This document shows, piece after piece, positions 23,755 to 37,983 of a stretch of DNA of 64,000 bases (the first letter of the stretch is position 1; each line of letters starts with the position of its first letter). The DNA comes from Mobula birostris (Eukaryota): NCBI RefSeq assembly GCF_030028105.1, contig NC_092398.1, positions 24,877,649-24,941,648 on the forward strand, written 5' to 3'. A program made the position numbers and the translations under genes. Below the pieces are notes generated by a model. That model saw nothing but the letters and a program-made list of their open reading frames with translations. It made no database searches and was not told the origin of the DNA.

Positions 23755-24912
23755 CAGAGGTTCGCAACCATGGGGCCGCAGATCGGTACCGGGCCGCAAA
23801 GCATGTGCTACCGGGCCGCGAGGAAACCTTTCCTCATTCCTTGTCACGTACTTTTGAGCCATTACGCATGCGAGGTCATTAACCGCGCTTCATCCATCTC
23901 ACCGCGGGAAGGAGATCAATTCCCCGAGCTTGCAAATGACGGCAGGCTGAAAAGTATGTTTGACATAACATCTCAGCCAGCATTCTAGATCAAAATCAAG
24001 GCTAGATAACCTGAGATAGCCACGAAAGCACTGAAAACGCTGCTTCCATTTCCAAACTATCTCTGCGAAGCAGGCTTTTCTGCAATGAATGCAACGAAAA
24101 CTAAATTGCGGAATAGACTGGACATAAGTAACCCCCTACGAGTACCGCTGTCTCCCATCACCCCCCGATAGGACCGTCTCCTTGCAGGGAAACAAGCCCA
24201 GGGCTCCCAATGATTCACCGATATTGGTGTGTTGCAATGATTCTATATGTTCATACGGGGAAAATATGTGCTGTGTGTTTAATATCCAAACGTTACTTAG
24301 AATGTTATGATGCTATTGACTTATATAACCACATAACAATTACAGCACAGAAACAAACCACCTCTGCCCTTCTCGTCCGTGCCGAACGCTTACTCTCACC
24401 TAGTCCCAACGTTCAGCACTCAGCCCACAACCTGTCCTTTCCTGTCCATATATCTATGCATTTTTTCTATAAATGATAATATCGAACCTGCCTCTACCAC
24501 TTCTACTGGAATCTCCTTCAACACTTACTTCAAGCTCCCCTGTCCTCCCCTGATAACTGATTTATCACTATATTCATGCGAGGAAAATATGCGCTGTGTG
24601 TTTAATATTAAATTCGCCAGATAAACCCTTTTAGAAAGGAAATTGAGTGTAATAGGCACTTATTACCGATATTCCGGATGTGGTTCCCCCGCACCGCCGA
24701 ACAGAATCGCCAAAAGCAATTTGTAGGGGAAAAAATCGTCACGTAAACGCATTCGCACTGGTGTCCGCGCAAGGCTTCATTCTCATTGAAGTCTTTTTCG
24801 GGTAAACACAACGTATTTGTCTGCTACTCTTGTCCGTTGCCAATCCTACTCCCCACCACCACTCCAGCCCCCCAGTCGGCCGGTCCGCAGTGCAAAAATT
24901 TGGGGACCCCTG
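23755..24912 (-). mobile_element. Non-autonomous hAT Charlie/Buster-type element
   Basis: Ends cagaggttcgcaacc ... tttggggacccctg. Buster C-terminus on plus (YLCEAGFSAMNATKTKLRNRLDI...KQAQGS). No matching TSD. Confidence 0.8.
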
Positions 24913-25234
24913 ATCGTTTGCAGTGCTTTGCTGTTTGAAAGAAGATTCCAGGAAGTGAGTGCAAACTCGAACGGCCTTAAAGTGAAACAGTTTAGAGGTG
25001 GTGCCCCAGCCAATGATAGACTCCATTTCGCCGATTAAAGCATCGAGGAAGATTGAAATCAAGGCGAGTGCAGAAAAGGAGTGAGGGTTTAAAACTGACT
25101 GCTGTTTGATCGCAGGGACGGATCTCTCTGTTGTCAGATGAGTTGTGTAGTACCTTTCACTCACTGTTACCGGAGGGTAGGCCTCTGTGCTTCAGTGGTC
25201 TCTCTATCTCTATCTCTTGACGTTGGTCAGAGGA

Positions 25235-27900
25235 CATAAGCCGGGTAGATGTGGAATCGATATGGGTAGGGCTGCGTAACACTAAGGGGCAGAAGACGGT
25301 GATGGGAGTTGTGTACAGGCCACCTAACAGTAGTAGTGAGGTCGGAGATGGTATTAAACAGGAAATTAGAAATGTGTGCAATAAAGGAACAGCAGTTACA
25401 ATGGGTGACTTCAATCTACATGTAGATTGGGTGAACCAAATTAGTAAAGGTGCTGAGGAAGAGGATTTCTTGGAATGTATGCGGGATGGTTTATTGAGCC
25501 AACATGTCGAGGAACCAACTGGAGAGCAGGCTATTCTGGACTGGGTTCTGAGCAATGAGGAAGGGTTAATTAGCAATCTTGTCGTGAGAGGCCCTTTGGG
25601 TAAGAGTGACCATAATATGGTGGAATTCTTCATTAAGATGGAGAGTGACATAGTTAATTCAGAAACAAAGGTTCTGAATTTAAAAAGGGGTAACTTTGAA
25701 GGTATGAGACGTGAAATCGCTAAGATAGACTGGCAAATGACACTTAAAGGATTGACGGTGGATATGCAATGGCAAGCATTTAAAGGTTGCATGGATGAAC
25801 TACAACAATTGTTCATCCCAGTTTGGCAAAAGAATAAATCAAGGAAGGTAGTGCACCCGTGGCTGACAAGAGAAATTAGGATAGTATCAATTCCAAAGAA
25901 GAAGCATACAAATTAGCCAGAAAAAGTAGCTCACCTGAGGACTGGGAGAAATTCAGAGTTCAGCAGAGGAGGACAAAGGGCTTAATTAGGAAGGGGAAAA
26001 AAGATTATGAGAGAAAACTGGCAGGGAACATAAAAACTGACTGTAAAAGCTTTTATAGATATGCAAAAAGGAAAAGACTGGTAAAGACAAATGTGGGTCC
26101 CCTACAGACAGAAACAGGTGAAATGATTATGGGGAGCAAGGACATGGCAGACCAATTGAATGATTACTTTGGTTCTGTCTTCACTAAGGAGGACATAAAT
26201 AATCTTCCAGAAATAGTAGGGGACAGAGGATCTAGTGAGATGGAGGAACTGAGCGAAATACATGTTAGTAGGGAAGTGGTGTGAGGCAAATTGAAGGGAT
26301 TAAAGGCAGATAAATCCGCAGGGCCAGATGATCTGCATCCCAGAGTGCTTCAGGAATTAGCCCAAGAAATAGTGGATGCATTAGTGATAATTTTTCAAAA
26401 CTCTTTAGATTCTGGACTAGTTCCTGAGGATTGGAGGGTGGCTAATGTAACCTCACTTTTTAAAAAAGGAGGGAGAGAGAAACTGGGGAATTATAGACTG
26501 GTTAGCCTAACATCGGTGGTGGGGAAAATGCTAGAGTCAGTTACCAAAGATGAGATAACAGCACATTTGGAGAGTGGTGAAATCATCGGACAAAGTGAGC
26601 ATGGATTTGTGAAAGGAAAATCATGTCTGATGAATCTCATAGAATTTTTTGAGGATGTAACTACTAGAGTGGACAGGGGGAGAACCAGTGCATGTGGAAT
26701 ATTTGGATTTTCAAAAGGCTTTTGACAAGGTCCCACACAGGAGATTAGTGTGCAAACTTAAAGCACACGGTATTGGGGGTAAGGTATTGACGTGGATGGA
26801 GAATTGGTTAGCAGACAGGAAGCAAAGAGTGGGAATAAACGGGACCTTTTCAGACTGGCAGGCGGTGACTAGTGGGTACCGCAAGGCTCAGTGCTCGGAC
26901 CCCAGTTGTTTACAATATATATTAATGACTTGGATGAGGGAATTAAATGCAGCATCTCCAAGTTTGCGGATGACACGAAGCTGGGTGGCAGTGTTAGCTG
27001 TGAGGAGGATGCTAAGAGAATGCGGAGTGACTTGGATAGGTTGGGTGAGTGGGCAAATTCATGGCAGATGCAATTTAATGTGGATAAATGTGAAGTTATC
27101 CACTTTGGTGGCAAAAATAGGAAAACAGATTGTTATCTGAATGGTGGCCGATTAGGAAAAGGGGAGGTGCAACGAGACCTGGGTGTCATTATACACCAGT
27201 CATTGAAAGTGGGCATACAGGTACAGCAGGCGGTGAAAAAGGCGAATGGTATGCTGGCATTTATAGCAAGAGGATTCGAGACCAGTAGCAGGGTGGTACT
27301 ACTGCAGTTGTGCAAGGCCTTGGTGAGACCACACCTGGAGTCTTGTGTGCAGTTTTGGTCCCCTAATCTGAGGAAAGACAACCTTGCCATAGAGGGAGTA
27401 CAAAGAAGGTTCACCAGATTGATTCCTGGGATGGCAGGACTTTCATATGAAGAAAGACTGGATGAACTGGGCTTGTACTCGTTGAAATTTAGAAGATTGT
27501 GGGGGTATCTGATTGAAACGTATAAAATCCTAAAGGGATTGGACAGGCTAGATGCAGGAAGATTGTTCCCGATGTTGGGGAAGTCCAGAACAAGGGGTCA
27601 CAGTTTGAGAATAAAGGGGAAGCCTTTTAGGACCGAGATTAGGAAAAACTTCTTCACACAGAGAGTGGTGAATCTGTGGAATTCTCTGCCACAGGAAACA
27701 GTTGAGGCCAGTTCATTGGCTATATTTAAGAGGGAGTGAGATATGGCCCTTGTGGCTACGGGGATCAGCGGGTATGGAGGGAAGGCTGGGGCGGGGTTCT
27801 GAGTTGGATGATCAGCCATGATCATAATAAATGGCGGTGCAGGCTCGAAGGGCCGAATGGCCTACTCCTGCATTAATTTACTATGTTTCTATGTTTCAAT
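25235..27900 (+). mobile_element. 5'-truncated CR1 LINE (2.67 kb), EN-RT pseudogenised
   Basis: ESIWVGLRN, VYRPPNS, GDFNLH, LGKSDHN (EN); RT motifs; ctatgtttctatgtttc tail. Empty site in the paralog at 51401-51420 (ggtcagag|gatattacc); at most a 2-bp GA duplication. Confidence 0.96.
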
Positions 27901-28290
27901 GATATTACCGGGGCTCTGCATTTATGCACTGGACGATGGAGTTGTTCAGTCTTATGATGTTTATATTCTCTGTTTTCGTCAGTTATTTCTCGTTATTGTG
28001 TGGCGTGTTTTGTTACTTCTTTGTGTGATAGAAAGGAGTTTGGAGTTTGATGTTCTGGTTCTTGACAGGTTTTTTTTGTGTGCGTGTAGGTTTTGATGTT
28101 TATCTTTGAATTATTTCCATGCATTTCTTTGTACTGTGGCTATCTGGAGAAGCCAAATCTCAGAGTTGCACACTGAGTACATAATTTAATAATAAATGAA
28201 CCTTTGAACGATTTTTGATGCCTGACGGGGCGATTTGTGTATCTCAGAGAATGTTGAGCTCATGGGATTATCAGGCACGAGTCTCTAGAG

Positions 28291-29481
28291 CAGGGGTCCC
28301 CAATCTATTTTGCACTACGGAGCGGTTTAATATTGACAATAATCTTGCGGACCGGCCGACCGGGTCGGGGGTGGGTAGGGTTGCCAACATACAAGAGCAG
28401 CAGTCAAATACATTGTGTTCACCCGGAGAAAGATTTCAATAACCATGAAGCCTCGTGCGAGCACCAGTGCGCATGCATTTACGTGCAGATGTTTTTTCCC
28501 CTACAAATTCCTTTTGGCGATTCTGTTCGGGGCATTTGGGGTTTGTTAACCACGACCGGAATATCGGTAATAACTGCCTAATACACTCAACTTTCTTTCT
28601 AAAAGGGTTTATCTAACAGACTTAATATTAAACACACTGCGCATATTTTCCTCATATGAATATAGTGATAAGTCAATTATCAGGGGAGGACAGGGGAGCG
28701 TGAAGTAAGTGTTGAACGAACTTCCAGTAGAAGTGGTAGAGGCAGGTTCGATATTATCATTTAAAGAAAAACTGGAAGGGTGTATGGGTTGGAAAGGGAT
28801 TGCGGGTTGTGGGCTGAGTGGAGATCGGTGGACTAGGTGAGAGTAGCGTTCAGAGCGGGCTAGACGGGCAGAAATGGCCTGTTTCCATGCTGTAATTGTT
28901 ATATAGTTATATAAGTCAACAGCATCATAACATTTTAAGTAACGTTTGGATATTAAACACACAGCACATATTTTTCCCGTATAAACATATAAAATCATTG
29001 CAACACACCGATATCGCTGAATCAGTGGGAGCCTTGGACTTGATTCCTTGCAAGGAGACGGTCCTGTCGAGTGGTGATGGGAGGCAGCGATACTCGAAGC
29101 GGGGTCCTTATGTCCAGTATATTCCGCAATTTAGTTTTCATTGCATTGATTGCAGAAAAGCCCGCCATCGCAGAGATACTTTGGAAATGGAAGCAGTGTT
29201 TTCAGTGCTTTCGTGGCTACCTCAGGATATTTAGCCTTGGCTTTGATCCAGAATGCCGGCAGAGATGTTAGGTCAAACATACTTTATAGTCCGCCGTCAT
29301 TTGCAAGCTCGGGGAGTTGATCTCCTTCCCGCCATGACATAGACGATGCACGGTTAATGACCTCGCGTGCGTCATGGCTCAACAGTGCGTGACTGGGAAT
29401 GAGGAAAGGTTTCTTCGCGGCCCGCCGGCACATGCTTTGCGGCCAGGTAGCGGTCCGCGGCCCGGTGGTTGGGGACCGCTG
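28291..29481 (+). mobile_element. Charlie/Buster-type element (copy 2), plus inverted left-end fragment to 29743
   Basis: Same TIRs and CTCTAGAG left flank as 2214-3404. Confidence 0.8.
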
Positions 29482-29743
29482 GCCAAAATAAAATTCTAGT
29501 GAGTGGAGGGGAATCTGCATGTAAACGCATGTGCACTGGTGCCCGCGCAAGGCTTCATGGACATTGAAGTCTTTCTCGGGGTAAACTCGACGTATTTGAG
29601 TGCTATTCTTGTCCGTTGGCAACCCTACTCCCCACAACCACCCGCGCCCCACCCACTCCCCCCCGCCGCCGTCGGCCGGTCCGTAAGAATATTGTCAATA
29701 TTAAACCGGTCCACAGTGCAAAAAAAATGTTTGGGGACCCCTG

Positions 29744-31612
29744 CATTCATCCCTACTCTTTTTTTCCTCTCTGTCAACCAATTTTCTATCCCTGTCAGTA
29801 CCCTACCCCCAATAACATTTGCTCTAATTTTGCACACTAACCTCGAAGTGGCTTTCTGAAAGTCCAGGTACAGTACATCCACTGGCTTTCCCATATCCAT
29901 TTTAAAAGTTACATTCACAAAAAAAATCCAGAAGATTAGTCAAGCATCATTTCCCTTTCGTAAATCCATGCTGACTCGGACCTATCCTGCCACTGCTATC
30001 CAAATATTCCACTTTTGCATCTTTTATACTTAATTCCAGTATCTGCCCCACCACTGATGTCAGACTTACTGCTCTATAATTGCCTGCTTTCTCTCTCCCT
30101 CCTTTCTTAAAAAGTGGGATAACATTAGCTACCCTCCAATCCGTAGGGGCTGATCCTGAATCTATAGAACATTGGAAAATAGTTACCAATGCGTCCAATG
30201 TAAAATTAAGTTGCAATGTAAATTGAAAAGCGTGAATACAGGACTGAAGGTGTCATATCTGAAAGCGCGCAGTACACTAGAATAAGGTCGATGAAGTTGT
30301 AGCACAGTTAGAGATCGGCAGGTATGATGTTGTAAGCAGCACGGAATCATGGTTAAAGAAGATTATAGCTGGGAGATTAATGTCCAACGGTACACATTGT
30401 ATAGAAAGGACAGGCAGAAAGCCAGAGGAGCCAGTATTCTTCTGTTCGTAAAAAATGTAATTTAATCATTAGAAATGGTTGACATAGGGTCGGCAGGTGT
30501 TGAATCATTGTGGATAGAGCTTAGAAACTGCAAGGGGTATAAAGAGCCTGATAGGAGTTTTATACAGAAACCCCCAAAAGGATCAAACGGGGTATAGAAA
30601 ATGCATTCCAAAAGGGTAACCTTACAATAGTCATGGGGGATTATAATACGTAGGTAGATTGGGTTGCTGAGGGATTCCAAGGGGGAATTTCCAGAATGCC
30701 TATGGGATGGTTTTTCAGAGCTGCTCGTGGTTGAGCCACGAAAGGAGAATCTATTGATGTTGTGTACTTGGGTTTTCAGAAGGCCATTGACAAGGTGCCA
30801 CACGTGAGGCTGCTTGGTAAGCTACGAGCTCATGGTATTACAGGAAAGATTCTAGCATGGATAAGGCAGTGGCTGACTGGCAGGAGGCAAAGACTAGGAA
30901 TAAAGGGGGCTTTTCTGGTGGCTGCCGGTAACTACTGGTGTTCCACGGGGTCTGTGTTAGGACCGATTCTTCTTACATTATATGTTAATGATTTGGATGA
31001 TGGATTTAATGGCTTTGTTGCAACATTGCAGACGATACGCACATAGGTGGAGGGACAGATAGTTTTGCAGAAATATAGAGGCTACAGAAGTACTTAGACA
31101 TATTAGGAGAATGGACAAAGAGGTGTCAGGTGGAATACAGTGTCGGGAAGTGTTTGGTCATATACTTCGATAGAAGAAGTGAAAGGGTTGACTCTTTTCC
31201 AAGTGGAGAGAAAATACAAAATCTGAGGCACAAAGGGACTTCGGAGTCCTTGTGCAAGATTCTCTGAAGCTCAATTTGCAGGTTGAGACTGGTGAGAAAG
31301 TCAAATGCAATATTAGAATTAATTTCAAGAGGACAAGAATATAAAAGCAAGGATGTAATATTGAGACTTTATAAGGCACTGGTAAGGCTTCACTTTGCGG
31401 TGAATCGGTGGATTTCGTTGCCACAGGCGGCTGCGGAGGCCAAGTCTTCATATATATTTAAGGCAAAGGTTGAAAGTTTCTTGATTGGTCAGGGCATGAA
31501 GGGATACGGGGAGAAGGTAGGAGATTGAGACTGAAAGGATAAACACATCAGTCATGATAAAATGGCAGGGCAGACTCAACGGGTCAAATGGCCTAATTGT
31601 GCTCCTATATTT
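29744..31612. mobile_element. CR1 remnants (minus RT fragment, then plus internally deleted CR1), copy 2
   Basis: Duplicate of 3667-5535. Confidence 0.85.
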
Positions 31613-32104
31613 AGTGGTTTTGTCGTCAATGATTTGCAGAGTGTTGATGCACTCGAACTGTACCATCGGCTTCAGAGGACGATGGAGACAGGCATTTATC
31701 GATGGCCTATGCCCAGGTGAGTATGTAAGGTGAGTGAGTAAGGGTGTCAAAGGTGACAGGGAGAAAGTAGGAAAATGGAGTTGATGGGGGCATTAAATCA
31801 ACCATGATGGGGTGATGGAGCAGGCTCGATGGGCTAAATGGCCTAAACCTGCTCCTCGGTCTTATTCTCACTGAGCAAAAACAGCCTCGTCCCTTCCTTC
31901 AGTTTTTTTTTGAACCCAACCTTGTTATTCTATTTTTTACACTTCTTAGTTATTCTAAACATTTATAGTAATCTTTTTATGTCTTTGCTCCGACCTTCAC
32001 GTCACAGAAGTCAGTGATGATAAATCTGATTTGAGAATAGCGCAGAGACGGTTTCCCAGCTTAATCCACATTGATGAAGCTCTGTCAGCCTCTCAGCCAC
32101 TTGC

Positions 32105-32218
32105 CCTTTGACGTGCAGCAGTACAAGATTCCAGTCACCACCATTGCGCACAGCCCGAGTATCCCCAGGACAGCTCCAACAATCATCAAAGCTTCATTCT
32201 CAAACAGTGCGTTGTGTT
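32105..32218 (-). pseudogene. TM exon of MHC class I-like remnant (copy 2)
   Basis: Same reading frame and GC donor as 6029-6142. Confidence 0.8.
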
Positions 32219-33113
32219 CTGAGGAGAAAACGTTGGAAGTTCTGTCGTTGTGTTAAGTCATGTTTCATATCATATCATTAAGTTCAAAGTTAATTTATTA
32301 TCAGAGTACTTACGTATATGTCAACCTATGCAACTCTGAGGTTCAAGCTCCTGTGGGCATAATCGGCAAATCTATAGACTAGTAACTAGAACGGGATCAA
32401 TGAACGATCAACTTGACTGCAGGAGACAACAAACTGTGCCACTGTGCTGTGCAATAAATAAATAGCATCAAATAACCAGAAACTGCGATAAAGAGTCCTT
32501 AAAGAGAGATCATTGGTTGTAGGAGCATCTTAATGGATGGACAAGTGTGTGTAATCAAGAGCCCGATGGCTGAGGGGTGGTAACTGATTCTGAACCTGGT
32601 GGTGTGAGTCCCGCGGCTCCTGTACCTTCCACCTGATGGCAGCAGCGAGAGAAGTGTATGGCCTGGGTGGTGGGGATCTCTGACAAAGAATACTTCTTTA
32701 TACAATGTTGTTTCATGTAGATGTGATCAATGGTTGGGAGGGCTTCACCCGTGATGTACTGGACCAAATCCACTATCTTTTGTAGGATTTTCCACTCAAA
32801 GGCATTGGTGTTTCCATGCCAGTCTGTAATGCAGCCAGTCAATTCACATCTAGAAAAGTTTGTCAAAGTTTCAGTGTCAGGTCAAATTTCCAGTGACTCC
32901 TAAGGAAGTAGGAACAAGTCTACTTCCTTAAGAGGTGACTTGTTGTGAGCAGCTCCCATGGGAATCATCAAATATTCCCATTGTTCAGGACTACAACAGC
33001 TGAAATGCGTGGTCACGGTTATGGATACTTCAGTAAATAACACATTTCACAACGTATCCCAAAGATATTAAACCTGATTCTGTTTTGTAAAGGCATGTTC
33101 AATGTACGAGGAG

Positions 33114-35707
33114 CAGGGGCAGCGCTTAGGTGGTGCTAGCTGGGGCTATAGCACCAGCAGAAATTACAATAGCTCCACCATAGCACCACCAAGAAATTAA
33201 CTGCAGCTGGTTTGTTTTCTTTGTATAGTTTTTAAAATAGCTTGTTTCCCCAGTTGATCTAGTGAAACAGCACCCCCAATTACCGTAGCAAACACGCAGC
33301 AATGAAGTTATAAACTCTCTCAGATCCACTCTACACTTCTGCTTATTCGTTCGTTGTCAATGTCTTGTCGTTGCGTTCCTCAGATCAGTTAAGCTGATCT
33401 AAGGTCACTTAAGCTTGTGACGTCACTCACTCTCCGTCACGCGAGAGATTGATAGTATAAATTAGGAGTATTATGGCAGATATGGTCGGACGTCAAATAA
33501 GTGCAGAAATCAAGGAGGCGGGATATTTTGCCAGCATGCTGGATGAAAGTAAGGACTTGAGTATAAAGGAGCAAATATCAGTGGTGCTGCGGTATTTGAA
33601 TAAAGAAACAGTGCTTGAAGAATTCTTGCACTTCTCTCCAGCAGAAGGGTTGGACGCAGAGTCGCTTCTTAAAAGCATTGAACAGACGCTCGCCTAGTGC
33701 GTTATTGATAAGAACGCGTGTATAGGTCAGTGTTATGACGGGGCGGCAGTGATGTCCGGGTGCAATAACGGGGTACAAGAGAGGCATTATATATACACTG
33801 CCATGCTCACAGACTTAACCTTGTTTTAGTGGATGTTGTGAGCAATGTACCAGAAGCGGGTGAGTTTTTTGAAACTGTGCAGCTGCTTTGCAACTTCTTT
33901 TCAAACTCTGTTCCCCACGATCTTTTCATGAAGAAACAGAGAGAATTTGAATCAACTGCACAGCCCGTGGAGTTGAAGAAATTGCCAGATACACACTGGG
34001 CATGGCGGTATACAGCTTTGTGGCTATAAGGAAATCACTCTCCGCCATTCTAGCTACACTACAGGATATTATGGTTCACCAAATGCACCGAAGAAAACGG
34101 AGGCCAGAGCTTTAAATGGACTGATTGACGCGCAGTTTGCTTTACTTCTGTCTCTGTTTGAGGATTTACTCCGAGTCACTAAGTTCATGTCAGACCAACT
34201 ACAATCTCCCAGTTTGGAGCTTTCATCCTCTGTGGACTTGGCTCAGTCTATTATCGATGCACTCTCAGCAAAACGGGGAGAGGAATCATGAAGTGAAATT
34301 CAGACAAGAGCTAGGGACCTGTGCGTCAAGGTCGGTATACAGAGCAGAGCACATGAAAGGAGACGGGCCCAGCCACCCCGCCGCCTACATCATTTTGTTG
34401 TTGAGGCCCAAACTGAACGCACACCTGTCACATCCCATGATGACCTTCGCAGCCACAGTTTCTATCCAGTTATAGACAGACTTCTGACTGAAATGGAAAG
34501 ACGGTTCTCAATTGAGACTGGGGGTGTTCTGACTGGACTCTTGGCATTGACTCCTAAACACAAGTTCTTCCTAGACAAGAATTGTCTTTGGCCAATGGCC
34601 CAATACTATGGAGTGACTGAAGTGAACCTGACTGCAGAGCTACATCAGGTTCGACGTCTGCTGGAAACAAAACAAAAGGAAGGACAGACAATGAATGACA
34701 CAGTGGAATTTCTAGCTCTAATGAGACCCGACGGCGATGCATTTATAGATTTATACAAACTAATCTGCATATCACTGACTCTGCCTGTTACATCTGCCTC
34801 ATGCGAACGGAGTTTATTTTGCGTCAGACGCGTCGAAAACTACTTAAGGAGCAGCAGCGGCGATGCTCGGAACAGCAACTTGGCTCTGTTGGCAATAAAC
34901 AGCCGGAGGACCAAAGCACTTGACATCCAGAAAATCATTGATGCTTTCCCCACCAATCACAACAACAGACGGATTTTGCTTGTCTGAAAATATTAATGGT
35001 GAGTGCAGTTGATTTTTTCAAAATTTGGGCCAAGACTAATGCTGATTATTATTATTATTTTGTGGTGGATACCCCAAAGTCCTTATCTTTCCTGCAGATC
35101 CTAAAATATTACATTCACTACTATTAAGCCTACTTGTTTTTCCTAGACTTCCAAACGGTGATTCTGTTGATTTGTGTTTTAAATGCAGTAGCCGAGCTAA
35201 TTGAGGTACTGCATGGTCAGAGTACAATTTGTCCAACGCCTAGTAAAGCCTTGCATCTGTTGTTTGCCTTATTTGACTTTAATAACGGTGTATCGTTTGG
35301 CATTGCTGTCTATGTAATGCGATTAGCAGTGGGTTCGTTTTGTCTTTTTCAGTTGAAAATCACGCATTAGACACTGATTGCGGGATTGGTGCGTGATTCA
35401 CGTTGTCCGCTGTTGCTCGGATACTGTTTGTTTTCTTTCGTTGTTTATGCTCCGTGTAGCCCAGGTTGTCCTCGATGCCATGTGACACTGGAACAGTTCA
35501 CTTCTATATTAGATCTATCAATTGCTTTTGCTTGTGAATCAATAGAGGCATTTACAGTAGGCACATAATGCTTGAAACTGACTTTTTAACGCCACGCGTC
35601 TGGCCTTGCGAATACATATTACCATACAGTGCATCCCTCAGCACCTTTACTGAATCATTCAGCCCCTACGCAGCACCAGCAAGAAAAATTCTCTTGCGCC
35701 GTCACTG
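33114..35707 (+). mobile_element. hAT Tip100-type transposon (copy 2)
   Basis: TSD ACGAGGAG at 33106-33113 and 35708-35715; same motifs and lesions as copy 1. Confidence 0.93.
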
Positions 35708-35826
35708 ACGAGGAGCATTTGATGGGTCTGGGCCTGTACTCACTGTAGTTTTGAAGAATGAACGGAGATCCTATGAAATATTAGAAGTCCTAGATAGAGT
35801 GGATAAGGAGAGGATGTTTCGTATAC

Positions 35827-36991
35827 CTGGGCCTTAGCACTCAGATCTGCAGCTGGATTTTCAACTTCCTCACAGACAGAACCCAGGCTGTAAAAATAGA
35901 GGACAAGCTCTCCTCTACAACCACTCTGAGCACCGGTGCCCCACAAGGCTGTGTACTCAGCACCCTGCTGTACTCACTCTACACCCATGATTGCGTAGCC
36001 AAGTTTCCATCAAACTCAATAGATAAGTTTGCTGATGACACAACAATTGTAGGCCGTATCTCGGGTAATGATGAGCTTGAATACAGAGAGGAAATTAACA
36101 ACCTGGTGGCATGGTGCGAAGGCAATAACCTATCCCTCTACGTCAGTAAGACGAAAGAATTGGTTGTTGAATTCGGAAGGAGTAGCGGACCGCCCGACCC
36201 AATTTCCATCCATGGTGCGAAAGTGGAACAGGTCAAAAACTTTAAGCTCCTCGGGGTCAATATCACAAATAACCTGACTTGGTCCAACCAAGCAGAGTTC
36301 ACTGCCAAGAAGGCCCACCAGCGCCTGTACTTCCTGAGAAAACTAAAGAAATTTGACCTGTCTCCTAAAACCCTCACTAATTTTTATAGATGCACCGTAG
36401 AAAGCATTCTTCTCGGGTACATCAGAACCCGGTAGGGAAGTTGTCCTGTCCAAGACCGAAAGAAGCTGCAGGAGATCGTGAACACGCCGCAGCGCATCAC
36501 TCAAACCAATCTTCCATCCTTGGACTCACTTTACACCGCACGCTGTCGGAGCAGTGCTGCCAGGGTAACAAAGGACACGACCCACCCAGCCAACATACAT
36601 TTTTCGTCCTTCTTCCTTCCGGGAGAAGGCTCAGGAGCTTGAAGACTCGTACGCCCAGATTTGCGAACAGCTTCTTTCCAACTGTGATAAGACTGCTGAA
36701 CAGATCCTGACCCGGATCTGGGCCGTACCCTCCAAATATCCGGACCTGCTTCTCAGTTTTTTTTGCACAACCTTACTTGCCATTTTTCTATTTTCTATTT
36801 ACGATTTATAATTTAAATTTTTAATATTTACTCATTTTAACTAGATTTACTATTTTAAATATTGAATATTTTTGATCCAGGGAGTGTGAAGCGCAGAATC
36901 AAATATCGCTGTGATGATTTTACGTTCTAGTATCAATTGTTTGGAGACAATAAAGTATAAAGTATAAGTATAAGCAGAAGTGTAAGTATAA
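35827..36991 (+). mobile_element. Rex1/Babar LINE (copy 2)
   Basis: Duplicate of 9751-10915. Confidence 0.9.
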
Positions 36992-37109
36992 GAGGGGAGT
37001 CCAGGACAAGAGAGCACTGCCTTGTCATAGAAAGATGTCCATTTAAAACAGAGATGAGGAGGAATTTCTTTAGCCGGAGGGTGGTGAATGTGCAGAATTT
37101 GTTGAGTTC

Positions 37110-37351
37110 TGTTCATTTGGGCTATGTAATTATTTAAGACGCATGCGTACTCTCCCAGTTATACGCGTGCACGCGGAAGGAGGAAGAGGGACCGTGGGAT
37201 GTAAAGGTGGCGGCCTTGGGTATTGAACGGAGGCATACAAAGTAAAGTGGTTTAAACACAAGGAAAATGTGTCTTTGCTGTTTCGCCGTTATCAGTGGTA
37301 GGTGAGGACGGTTACGATCTATCGACCTCTGGGATATGGGCCCTGCGCACT
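37110..37351. mobile_element. LTR-like 37110-37294 plus antisense tRNA-iMet-derived sequence 37296-37351 (copy 2)
   Basis: Paralog of 11034-11276. Confidence 0.6.
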
Positions 37352-37714
37352 ACTGAGCATGTTTGAAGCAGAGGTCGATAGGTTTCTGATTGGAAAGAAC
37401 ATCAAAGGTTAAGGGGAGAAGTCAGGAGACTGGGGTTAAGAGAGACAATGAATCTGTCACGATGGAATCCCAGAGTAGACTTGATGAGCCAAATCGCCCA
37501 ATTCTGCTCCTAGGGCTTATGGTTTTATGGTATATAAGCTGTCTGACTTGATTCTCACAATTGACAGCAGAGAGGATGAGAGAGGTCTTGAGCAGTTGGG
37601 ACTTGCTTCTGGACAGAAACGGGCCACGATGGATTCTGTGTCAAATTGACATCAGTGAGAATACGGTGGTGTTGACGGGGTCAGGCGACATTTCTCCAAC
37701 TTGCCCGTTCTTAC

Positions 37715-37983
37715 CTAGAGGTATCATGAGCTTCCCACTGACAGCCTCGTGTTCCATCTGACAGACGTACCCGTGGCTGTCTCCATCTAGGGGGCGGACA
37801 CTCCTAACTTGAAAGGTTCCATTGCTTTGAGGGACAACGTTGGTCGTGTCTGATCCATTGTCAGTGACTTCCCCGTTTCTGACACAGTGAACTTTAATGT
37901 CCCGGGGAAGAAGTTCTTGGCCGTGCACACCGGATATATTTAGCCCCGTTTCTTCTGAGTCAAGGCTCTGGTATGGGTAGGAG
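37715..37983 (-). pseudogene. C1-set exon, MHC class I alpha-3-like (copy 2)
   Basis: 269 nt with AG/GT boundaries; same frameshift, TAA and Trp>Cys as copy 1. Confidence 0.85.
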
